DNA of 63,504 nucleotides, filler included, from Stramenopiles sp. TOSAG23-3 (lineage: Eukaryota): NCBI GenBank assembly GCA_900128585.1. It is 9 parts of 9 records of this genome, joined end to end, with 100 filler letters (N's around TTAATTAATTAA, not from the genome) between each part and the next. Parts side by side here need not be neighbours in the genome. Positions count along the whole stretch, not along the records: positions 54,563 to 62,229 come from LT643119.1; positions 62,330 to 63,504 come from LT646323.1; 7 more parts are not named here. One strand, 5' to 3'. The translations under genes were made by a program, and so were the position numbers. A model generated the notes under the pieces. That model was not told where the DNA came from. It ran no database searches and worked only from the letters and a program-made list of their open reading frames with translations. This document shows positions 54,727-63,504 of this stretch, piece after piece (position 1 is the stretch's first letter; every line of letters begins with the position of its first letter).

Positions 54727-55647
54727 ATGTCTCGGTTGCCTTCCTGCGGGCCAAAGTCTTGGAAACAATCTCCTAAGGTAAAACGGTCTCAACGAAGTTT
54801 TGATTCGGAGGATGAAGAAGACTCTCCAACGTCACGGACTCCAAAAAAGAAGAAGAAGGCAGACAGTGGGCGAAAATCTTTGTCTCGGGCTACGAAAGAG
54901 ATGTCCATTGAAATCTTGAAAGAGCGAAAGAAAAGCGCATCCACGAAGAAAAAGACCTCCAATACGTCCAAGAGAGGGGGCGGGAACGGTAGTGGTGGTG
55001 GTGGTGCAAGCAGTAGCACAAGCAATCGACAAGAGGTGGACGAGGATGAGTTTGAAGATTTGGGTAATCTGCTTGACTTTTGCGTCCCAGAAAATTTGCT
55101 TGGAACGGAAGGTAAAGAAGGTGCAACGTATCGGGTAACTTTGCCGTCTGGAAAGCAGCTTGCAATGAAAACGTTCCGAAAAACCGCTGCTGCTTCGGGA
55201 ATTAACAAGCAAGCAGAATTTCAGAGAAAGGCTGTGGGAAAAGGGGTGTCTCCAAAGGTGTACAAGGTCTCTGGGAAAGATAAATACATACTGATGGACA
55301 AAATGGACCAACGACTCGTCGATCTTGCCCGAAATGCCCAGAACAGTGAACTCACAGTTTCACAACAAGAGCAAATAATGGAAATCATGGATACGCTAGA
55401 TGAATGTAAAATTTTGCACAACGATGGGAATATACTGAACCTGATGGTAAATGCTGATGGTCACGTGAAAATAATTGACTTCGGTCTTTCTTCCAAAATT
55501 GATAAAAAGAGAGAGAAGAAGCATGGGCCACACCCGAATACCAAATGCACGCTTTACATGATGAATATAAGTTTCAAGCGTTACAAGATTCGTGCGCCTC
55601 TGTTAGTGACACGGGTCGAGGAGTACCTGAGCTCGAGGAAGAAGTGA
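54727..55647 (+). CDS. Minimal protein kinase-like protein with basic low-complexity N-terminus
   Basis: LGTEGKEGATY Gly-loop, LAMK, ILHNDGNILNLM catalytic loop, IIDFGL; short C-lobe without APE. Confidence 0.85.
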   Translation: MSRLPSCGPKSWKQSPKVKRSQRSFDSEDEEDSPTSRTPKKKKKADSGRKSLSRATKEMSIEILKERKKSASTKKKTSNTSKRGGGNGSGGGGASSSTSNRQEVDEDEFEDLGNLLDFCVPENLLGTEGKEGATYRVTLPSGKQLAMKTFRKTAAASGINKQAEFQRKAVGKGVSPKVYKVSGKDKYILMDKMDQRLVDLARNAQNSELTVSQQEQIMEIMDTLDECKILHNDGNILNLMVNADGHVKIIDFGLSSKIDKKREKKHGPHPNTKCTLYMMNISFKRYKIRAPLLVTRVEEYLSSRKK

Positions 55648-55812
55648 GATTTAAAAACAAAAAAGTGAGATTTATAAAACATGTATGTTTTGTGGTTCGA
55701 GGTGTGTCACATGTGTAAGATCTCGCGAATTAAGTACGATGCAGAAAGTAGCGGTCATTATCGTTTCCCAGAAAACGGTGTTGAAAAATAAAATGAAGAT
55801 GTGTACTGTATA

Positions 55813-56040
55813 TTACATGAAGAAATGTAAACCTCTAATGAACAAAAGCTGAGTAGATTCATTAAAAACAAGAAGAAATTGGCTGTTAGATTCATTTTCG
55901 CGGTACATGAGGAAGCTAAATTTTTAATTACACTCTAAAAAAATTAACAGCCAATTTTTGTTTTTATTAACATACTATGCAAATTACTAAAATAACAGCC
56001 AATTTTTAAAAACAAATTATACAGCCAATTTTTTATTTTA
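55813..56040. repeat. Dispersed modular repeat, copy 5 (scrambled modules in both orientations)
   Basis: AAATTGGCTGTTAGATTCATTTTCGCGGTACATGAGGAAGCTAAATTT, then three ACAGCCAATTTTT copies. Confidence 0.8.
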
Positions 56041-56190
56041 ATATTTGTTTTTATTAATTAAAATTTATGATAAGAGTTCGTAAGAGTATCTTGATCTGAC
56101 CCTTTTCTCTTCACGCAGTTTTAATTCTCTCACTATAAGTGCAACTAGGTGGCTGTCCTTGACACGCTCTCTGGAAAACTTTTGAAATTT

Positions 56191-59100
56191 TCATGACACC
56201 GTGCACTTCCCTGGTACCCCCCCTACACTTCCCTGTACGTCACTTACACACTTTGCGTACTGTTCGCGCTGCTCCATTGATCCCTTCGAGCAATCAAACA
56301 TGCTCTCTACATGTACGCTGCTAATGTCCCGACGAAGATAAAAGAGTATGTAAGCATTTTCAGTGATTACGTTTGAGCTTTGAATTACTTTCACGTGGGA
56401 GTCATCAAACATTCTCCACTTTTTGTCAACTGGATTCTTTGTGCAAGCTACGTAATGACCACCACCGTAACTACCGTAATGATTCACAACTGCTACACAA
56501 TCGTAGAGTGCCTCGGGTAACACATAATCAGCGGCGTCTGTGTCAGAAAGGTCTTCCCTCAGCTTCCCTGAAGATCCGCGTGATTCGTCGACTTCCTCTT
56601 TTTCATCTGCGTATTTTCCACCCAAGTATTCCCACCAAGTTAAGTCAACGGGCAATTTATTGTGGCGTTGTGTTGGCTGGGCGAACGTGAGATTTAATCC
56701 GTTCAAAGGGCAGTTGACAAACTTGGATATTTTCACTCCACGGTTATACGCAAATTTAAAACGCTTGAGGTGCAAAATCAGTACAGGCGGGGGCCGAAAT
56801 AGTGTCACCTGTTTTCTGTGGTCACGGTGCTCTTTGCACTTGGAACAATAGACTTGATCGTTGCCGTCAAGTTTTTCTTTAGAAATGTACCTGTTCATAC
56901 ACTGGTGAATGGACAGCACCTTCGTTTCATACGACTCGCACTTATGCAAACTTTCGTGCCGTGGGAAGCTTTGAAGTTGCGAATCGCTTTTCATCGCCCT
57001 TAAACTACTTTCTGACCAATCTATTGCAAACGACGACCCGTTCTTCAACGTCGGCACCATCTGGTCGTTGTAAGGCATTGCAAGGCAACCGCGGCATTTT
57101 GTCAGCCAATTGCAATGTGAACAGCCCCTGCCATCGTGTCGAACGAAATGCAAGCTGAACCCCCACAATTTCTTCACTAATTCGGCCATGTTTGTCGTGT
57201 CCTCATCGTCCTCCAACTCCGAAAAGTTAGGGTTAGGAAAACAAATCGAGTTTTCGGGTGGTGGGTCGGTTGGGGTGTCAGCTGCTTGGTTAGTACCTAC
57301 TTTTTCAAACATGTTGCGCGTCCATTCCCACACTGTCAAATACAATTGCCTTTTCGACGTTGTCTCATTTACGAATTGTTTCAGAAAAGGGGTACCAAAC
57401 AATGCAGTAGTATTCTGTTCCAGAAAAAATGATCTCTTCTTCTGCCTGCGCCTGTGCACAAATATGCTTAAAACTCTAGACGGCGGTTTGAAGAAAATGT
57501 CCTCTGCAGAAACGCCTGCTTTAACATCTCCGTCTTCGTATTTGACATCGTAAAATTCCCCGCCGGTGTGGACTTTTACAATAGTCGCCGGGTATTCTCC
57601 AGCGCCTTTCTTCCATCGCGCTTTAACAATTTGACCAAGACTGAAGGATTTCTCTCCCTCCCCTGAGTTCTCCTCGTCGGATCCATTGCCGGAAGAATCT
57701 CCTTGCAAATCGTCCAAATCTAAGTGGTCCAGTTGAAAACAAAACAAATTGTCTGGGTGCATACATAGCTGATCCACAGACGTGCCATCTTTGTATGAAT
57801 TCTGGTGAATATTGGACGATGAAATTAAAACAAATATCAAATTGCAAGCATTAATCTTTTGAACGTTTGGCCACTGCCCAAATTTAGGATCATCATTTTC
57901 CAGAGCTTCTTTCACGTCTACTAAATTTCCCCGTTTGGGAACGCGCACGGCACACCTAACGGTGGTTCGCTTCGTCCCTTGAAACACGAAGTTAAATTTT
58001 ACTATCCGCAAGGAAGAATCTGGCAACGGCAGTTGCATCATCGTAAATGGTTCGAACCTAGCGCTTTCAAACCCGCACACAGCACATTCACACTCGGACT
58101 TGAACTGGCCAGCAAAAATTGATTGAATTATTGAATCGTCCCGGTTGAGGTGGTTGTCCCACCATTCCTTGGCAACTACTTTGTCAGGGCGACCGTTAGA
58201 ATCTGGCATTTCTGTATACGGTTTTTTTTTTACCCGATTTAAGTCCTCGTGAAGCCCGTCCATAAGGGCAGTCAAGAACTCCTGAGAATCATGCTGCTCG
58301 TAACCTGTAAACATCTCTTTGAACCTCCCAAGGATTTTTTTGAACAGACGCGGCGGGAAAGATGAGGAATTTGCATTTTTTCCAACCATTTTTTCGGACA
58401 AAAGGATAAACGCACACGCCAGCTGCGCGTTGTTACTGCCGAGGGTTGCATCTGGATTTAGATCGCCAATGTGATACTCGCGAGAAAAGTATTCAGAAAG
58501 CATTGGGATGCTCAGTAGACACTGAAGAGAAGAGTTCATGTAACATGTGTTTCCTAAATTGTAAAGTCCAGCGAGACCGGGAGTGCTCGATGGAGCTGTA
58601 TACATTTGCACATTACTGTCCACAACATTTGGCCACCTCCCACTTCGCTCCCGCTGCTCTACCAAAACCTCCTGGCCATCGATAAACCCCATCTGCTCCA
58701 CCGTCCTGGTTTCAACTTCCTTTGTTGTTGGCAACAGCATGACCATTTTTGGATCGCTATGCCGGCAATCCCACAATCTTATTTCTTTCGGTCGGAGTCC
58801 TAATTGGGAAGAGGCTATCTGTTTCAGCATCAAAATGGTGTAAAATCTACTGATGGACATCTCAATGCAATGCGTTAAACGTTCATGGTTTTCTCCGACT
58901 CGGCAAACACGTATTGTGATTGGGTACATTTCAAGTTCTAGTCTGTTTTCGTCCTTTACAACCCTTCTCGGGATTGCGGGTCCCCCGCCGTACCAGGACA
59001 GCAGATATTTCCATATTGTCTCTGAAATAATAGCATAGTGCGTTTGTCTTGAAATATCGGTCCGTAACCGTTTGTCGGACCCTTCTTCTAATATATCGGT

Positions 59101-60678
59101 TTGGTCGATTTTACCCGGGCGATCGCGTCCTATTGACACGTCGTTTTTGAAAGACAGGTTGGCCGCCGAGCCCTTCTCTTCACTGGAAAATTCATACATG
59201 CTCTTTCTGTTTGTTGCCTCTAATGTGTAGCGGTCCCAACTTTGCCACCATTTTTTAGATATAATGAACCAAACCTGGCCCTCCCTCTCTTTCGTTGCAG
59301 AGTATTGCTTTGCGTTCAGTGCCTTCTTAACCATTTCCCGCTCCTCCACTGGAGACAAGCGGCGGCGTGCAAACTCAATTGCATTCTGAACAGAGCGCTG
59401 GGAAAATAGAAACAGTTCGCTATTCTGTGACGACCATACTTTCCATTCCTGCAACGACATTCGGCGGTCTTGCTTCGACTGAAGTGCATGATTAACACTT
59501 AGTGAAATCAACTCAGACAAACTGTGCTTTTTCGAAGCAAGCATGGTGGCCTTTGTGCGACCAAACGCCGCTTTCGTCAAAGCTCTCCGAAATTGAGAGA
59601 CTGTTTCGGGTCGCAGCCCTGACTCCAATTTTTGAGCGTCAAACTCCTCTTCAATTTCAGCCATGCATCGTATCAAACTTATAATTTCGTTAAAAGAGAG
59701 CATGGCATCGTCGTCCTTATCAAACATTTTAAACAAAAATTCCAATTGGTACTCCAACGTTCCGGTAAACAAGCGAGCAATTGTACTAACAAACTCCGCG
59801 GCATCGACGACGCCGACGTTGCTCTTGTCGACATAAAAAAAGACAATATTTAAAAGCTTTGTAGGTATTGGAGGTGAGAATATGGAGTCTATGTCGATTT
59901 CGTTTGCGCCTACTCCATTCTTTCCCTCGCTCGGTCGCCCAGTTTTAGAAAGCGCGGCTTCCAAGGCATTATACCTCTCTCGCAAAAATGACAGCACTAT
60001 GTGGTCCCTGGAGGCTGCATCCTTCCCACTGGACTTCCTCCTGCCCCTTTTACTCAGTATTTTCTTAACAGTGTTGCTAGAATCTGGGGACGATAGTTTG
60101 TTATACTCTGCAATGCCATGGAACAAGCACCTCGCAAGGTCATATATCCACCAAACAAACATTTTTTTCCCAGCTTTCGGTCGACTTGCCCATTCGATAA
60201 AATCTTTGGCCTTTACGATTTCGCTGTCCTGAAAGAGCTTTCCGTACAGCTCCGGTGTCAAAAGGTCTTCGTTCTTAATTGACGCATCCTTCGAGAAAAT
60301 TCTTGCAAGCGTCCTAACTTGCCATTTGTCGATCGAGCCTCGGCGTTCAGTATCATACACATAAAATAGCAATGTAAGTTGCTCCATCTGTGTCCCTTTC
60401 TTTAGAACGACGAAGCCGCACAGTAGGTCTTCCCAAGTCAGGCAACCATTGTTCTGACGGTCAAGAGCTTGAAACAACATATGAGCCAGATTTTTTGGAA
60501 CGTAGGGAAAGTCGCAAAGGATTTCCCGTTGAAATATTTCGGTCCTAATCCCGAGAATATTGTCCCGTGGACAAAGCCGCTTGTAAGCATTTTCTAGACA
60601 AATTATTTCATTATGAGTTAAACGTTCCATAGCATCTTTCAAAGAAATAACTTCTCTGACGGAGTGAGAGAGACCCAT
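56191..60678 (-). CDS. USP32: USP32-like ubiquitin-specific protease (EF-hands, DUSP, UBL, USP, CaaX)
   Basis: MGLSHS myristoylation-type start; several EF-hands; DUSP (WFIISKKWW..W, WYGGGP); GLYNLGNTCYMNS; QHDSQEFL; HLKRF; NHYG..GGGHY; C-terminal CTVS. Confidence 0.88.
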   Translation of the reverse strand: MGLSHSVREVISLKDAMERLTHNEIICLENAYKRLCPRDNILGIRTEIFQREILCDFPYVPKNLAHMLFQALDRQNNGCLTWEDLLCGFVVLKKGTQMEQLTLLFYVYDTERRGSIDKWQVRTLARIFSKDASIKNEDLLTPELYGKLFQDSEIVKAKDFIEWASRPKAGKKMFVWWIYDLARCLFHGIAEYNKLSSPDSSNTVKKILSKRGRRKSSGKDAASRDHIVLSFLRERYNALEAALSKTGRPSEGKNGVGANEIDIDSIFSPPIPTKLLNIVFFYVDKSNVGVVDAAEFVSTIARLFTGTLEYQLEFLFKMFDKDDDAMLSFNEIISLIRCMAEIEEEFDAQKLESGLRPETVSQFRRALTKAAFGRTKATMLASKKHSLSELISLSVNHALQSKQDRRMSLQEWKVWSSQNSELFLFSQRSVQNAIEFARRRLSPVEEREMVKKALNAKQYSATKEREGQVWFIISKKWWQSWDRYTLEATNRKSMYEFSSEEKGSAANLSFKNDVSIGRDRPGKIDQTDILEEGSDKRLRTDISRQTHYAIISETIWKYLLSWYGGGPAIPRRVVKDENRLELEMYPITIRVCRVGENHERLTHCIEMSISRFYTILMLKQIASSQLGLRPKEIRLWDCRHSDPKMVMLLPTTKEVETRTVEQMGFIDGQEVLVEQRERSGRWPNVVDSNVQMYTAPSSTPGLAGLYNLGNTCYMNSSLQCLLSIPMLSEYFSREYHIGDLNPDATLGSNNAQLACAFILLSEKMVGKNANSSSFPPRLFKKILGRFKEMFTGYEQHDSQEFLTALMDGLHEDLNRVKKKPYTEMPDSNGRPDKVVAKEWWDNHLNRDDSIIQSIFAGQFKSECECAVCGFESARFEPFTMMQLPLPDSSLRIVKFNFVFQGTKRTTVRCAVRVPKRGNLVDVKEALENDDPKFGQWPNVQKINACNLIFVLISSSNIHQNSYKDGTSVDQLCMHPDNLFCFQLDHLDLDDLQGDSSGNGSDEENSGEGEKSFSLGQIVKARWKKGAGEYPATIVKVHTGGEFYDVKYEDGDVKAGVSAEDIFFKPPSRVLSIFVHRRRQKKRSFFLEQNTTALFGTPFLKQFVNETTSKRQLYLTVWEWTRNMFEKVGTNQAADTPTDPPPENSICFPNPNFSELEDDEDTTNMAELVKKLWGFSLHFVRHDGRGCSHCNWLTKCRGCLAMPYNDQMVPTLKNGSSFAIDWSESSLRAMKSDSQLQSFPRHESLHKCESYETKVLSIHQCMNRYISKEKLDGNDQVYCSKCKEHRDHRKQVTLFRPPPVLILHLKRFKFAYNRGVKISKFVNCPLNGLNLTFAQPTQRHNKLPVDLTWWEYLGGKYADEKEEVDESRGSSGKLREDLSDTDAADYVLPEALYDCVAVVNHYGSYGGGHYVACTKNPVDKKWRMFDDSHVKVIQSSNVITENAYILFYLRRDISSVHVESMFDCSKGSMEQREQYAKCVSDVQGSVGGVPGKCTVS

Positions 60679-60981
60679 GGCGTCTCTCCGGAAAAAGGAA
60701 AATTCGTTGTAGAAGTGAAATACCCACCCAGCAAAAATCCCTTCACTATATCGAGTAACACTGCCACACAATCAAACCTACTCTTTTTCACAACAAAAGA
60801 TTTTGATAACACGGCGAACAAATGATTCGTCCCCTTAGAATATTTTTTCAAACTGTGACTTCTTTAAACAACATTGTAGATTTTCCAATAATTCATCCAT
60901 CTATAATCATCAACAAATTTTATTTATACCAGTAGTATTATAAATATTAAATATTTTTTTTTTATTAAAATAATAATAATC

Positions 60982-61040
60982 AGTTCTTGACCGCACTTCT
61001 CCTACTCCTAGGCGTAGTCTAGGAAGTGCGGTCAAGAACT
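60982..61040. other. Perfect 18-bp-stem intergenic hairpin
   Basis: AGTTCTTGACCGCACTTC (60982-60999) and GAAGTGCGGTCAAGAACT (61023-61040) with a 23-nt spacer. Confidence 0.85.
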
Positions 61041-61449
61041 AGTCTAAGATAATCGAAAAAAGAAGTACTTTTCGTACCCGGTAATAGTATTTCCCTTTGT
61101 ACTCAGTAGTATTTCCAATAATAATATTATTACAAACAAACAACAAAAATTTTGGATTTTTTTTATTTTTTTGTTTAGTTACGTCGTCTCCTCGTATTTA
61201 TTTTGCACCTCCCTCTTCAGAGTTCCGTCCGTTCCACCTGGTACTTGGTATTAATATTAATACCGAAACAGCAAATACCATTGACGACGAAACAAACCCC
61301 GCGAAAAAAAGAAACAAAGAAGTACGAACGCGCTCACGCACTACGACGTCCTCGTAGATCCTGTATCATCATTATGAATACTATAGGATTAGCATTGGTT
61401 GATAACTACATACGAATAGCAAGATCGAATAAATAACAGAAAATAAATA

Positions 61450-62229
61450 TTAGACATTCCCATCTTGGTTCTGCACATTTCGGTGTTTTTCTTGCCACTC
61501 CTTCATCAGCTGATAGAACGCTCCGTTCTTATTTTTCATCAATGTTTCTGGTGAATCAAATTCAGCAATTATACCATCATCCAACACCATAACTCGGTCG
61601 CTCTCTACGACCGTATCCAACCGGTGTGCAATTGTAATCGTAGTCGCGTTTGAAAATGCTGACTTCATAGTTTGCTGAATAAGCTGGTCAGTTTGATGGT
61701 CTACGTTTGCCGTGGCTTCGTCCAAAAGGATAATTTTTGAGCCTCTGAGTAATGCCCGCCCGATACACACCAACTGTTGCTGTCCTGCGCTGAGATTGCT
61801 GCCTTGATCGGCGATTTTATGTTTCAGTTTCAGATCAAAGCTTTGAACAGTGTCTTTTAAGTTACAGAGATCAAGGACTTTCCAAACCTGTTCGTCGGTA
61901 TACTCTTCAAAGGGATCGAGGTTCAACCGCAAGGTTCCAGTAAATAGAAACGGGGATTGAGGTATCAAAGAAACCACTGAACGCGACGGCGTCAAGGACA
62001 GGGTAGATATGTCCACCCCATCCATCATGATAGATCCTGAGTCAAGCTCTACAAGACGAAGAAATGACAAAACCAAAGAGGATTTCCCTGCGCCTGTTCT
62101 TCCCACTACACCAATTTTTTCCCCTCCCTTGATTTTCATGCTTAACCCTTTGAGAATTAGTGGCAACCCGTCCCTGTATTTCATTTTAACGTCAATTAAT
62201 TCAATTTCGCCGAATGCGGGCCATGTTTG
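61450..62229 (-). CDS. ABCC/MRP transporter, C-terminal NBD2 (5' partial)
   Basis: WP..GEI, YRDGLPLILKG, GRTGAGKSS, IPQSP.LF.GT.R.NLDPF, NLSAGQQQL, LDEATA, IAHRL. Confidence 0.93.
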   Translation of the reverse strand, partial: QTWPAFGEIELIDVKMKYRDGLPLILKGLSMKIKGGEKIGVVGRTGAGKSSLVLSFLRLVELDSGSIMMDGVDISTLSLTPSRSVVSLIPQSPFLFTGTLRLNLDPFEEYTDEQVWKVLDLCNLKDTVQSFDLKLKHKIADQGSNLSAGQQQLVCIGRALLRGSKIILLDEATANVDHQTDQLIQQTMKSAFSNATTITIAHRLDTVVESDRVMVLDDGIIAEFDSPETLMKNKNGAFYQLMKEWQEKHRNVQNQDGNV

Positions 62230-62329
62230 NNNNNNNNNNNNNNNNNNNNNNNNNNNNNNNNNNNNNNNNNNNNTTAATTAATTAANNNNNNNNNNNNNNN
62301 NNNNNNNNNNNNNNNNNNNNNNNNNNNNN

Positions 62330-63502
62330 GGCTACCTCGTCGCCTTTCTTCGCAAACCACCATATGTGCTCCGGCTTCAGCCCTTCCTCTTCCACATCAA
62401 TATCCCCCTGCTTGAGCACTCGCAAGGTCGGTATTTCTTTCGTGGTTGAAATTGTTGCAAATTTTGGCGGGTCAATCTTTATTGTCGGGGCCGTGTTGTC
62501 CTCTTTCGGGATTCGGGACGCCAGCAGCGAGTACTCCTTGTCGAGTGACTGGAGGGACGGGCTGTCGGCTTCGGGAACGAATAGCCGATACCGGCACGGC
62601 AAATGCTTTGCCGCGTTCAGCTCAATAGTATACGCCCCTGACGTCCACCGTCGCGCGTCTCCTATGAGAATCCGCCCGTCGCGTCCTACCCTGCCCGCCA
62701 GAACGTGGTCTCCATGCCCCCCGTGGCCCTGCCATATTCTAAAGCGCGCGTTCCGCACCACCACGGAAGAGGCCTCGCTGACCACGACCAGTTTCTCCTG
62801 CATCGGCAACGCCACCGGGACTTCAAACGGGCTCTTCGAAACGTGCACCCAGACGCCACCAACAGGGTTTCCGGCCCAGTCGTCGTCGTCCAGCTCCTGC
62901 GCTCGTTTATCCAGCAGCTCGACCGACACGCGGACAGTATTTCCCACGGCACGGTTGCTGTGGGCAAAGGCACCGCAGCAAAACGGTAGCGTGTACGAAA
63001 ATTCGTACACACCGTTGCCCACGTACCGATACGTCGCTTCCTCGACAACAGGGTGGATCACGCAAGCACGAAATTGGTCCCCGGCCGTCGTCTTCTTGTT
63101 TCCGAACCGATCGCATACTTGAACCCTGAACTTGTTCACGTGGCCTGCCGCGGCGTACTTCAGCCCGCGGCATCCCACAAACTGTGGAACCACGAGGCAC
63201 GCTTTTGGATCACTCTCTGCGGCCGATAGCATCGGCAGCAACCCGAGGCTATCGGCCGGCCTGATTCGGCTACCAAAACACGATAGGTGCATTTGAAATC
63301 GGACGCTTGCGTTGAAGCGGTGCAGGCGGAAAATAGCGACGTACTGCTTGGGAGATGTTTCTTCCACGACGTACCGAAGTTCATTCTCTTCTACCCTTTC
63401 TTGAACCCCGGTAAACGGCATCAACGACAGGCTGACCTTGCCCGTAAGGCCAGTGGCCGGCAATGAGAATGGGAGCCGCATGATCGTCCCTGCTACGGGG
63501 GG
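62330..63502 (-). CDS. Filamin/ABP280-repeat-containing protein (partial both ends)
   Basis: GLKYAAAG..NKFRVQVCDRFGN....GD.F, GNGVYEFSYT, HVSKSPFEV. Confidence 0.75.
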
Positions 63503-63504
63503 AT

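Overview
This is eukaryotic DNA from an intron-poor, flagellated protist (BBS7 and an axonemal dynein are present); a stramenopile-like heterotroph is my inference only. The window is not one locus. It holds 9 unrelated contigs (eight of ~7.7 kb in decreasing length, plus a window-truncated ninth) joined by artificial N44-TTAATTAATTAA-N44 linkers, so gene order is meaningful only within a contig. Two contigs end in exact 79-bp inverted copies of their own sequence, which points to chimera/assembly artefacts typical of amplified single-cell data. About 25 intronless CDS are recognisable: BBS7, a tandem secreted PLA2, ceramidase, a methyltransferase, LMF, FOXRED2-like, an AsaB/CmcJ oxygenase, an EPTP propeller, glycerate kinase, SEC14-GOLD, a DUF4804/MavL-like macrodomain, V-ATPase c, a WD40 protein, DNAH2-like dynein, a kinase, USP32-like, ABCC and a filamin-repeat protein. 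Best candidate for a new system: an NLR-like NB-ARC/STAND ATPase (10803-13079, minus) whose N-terminal half has an NLS-like motif and two tandem peptidase-S74/intramolecular-chaperone (ICA) domains with Cys in place of the catalytic Ser, suggesting an NLR coupled to MYRF-like self-cleavage. Also notable are a Penelope-like retroelement with N-terminal GIY-YIG (Naiad/Chlamys layout) and an upstream in-frame TGA, and a modular MITE-like repeat found only downstream of gene 3' ends. All family calls come from motif recognition by eye; no database searches were run.
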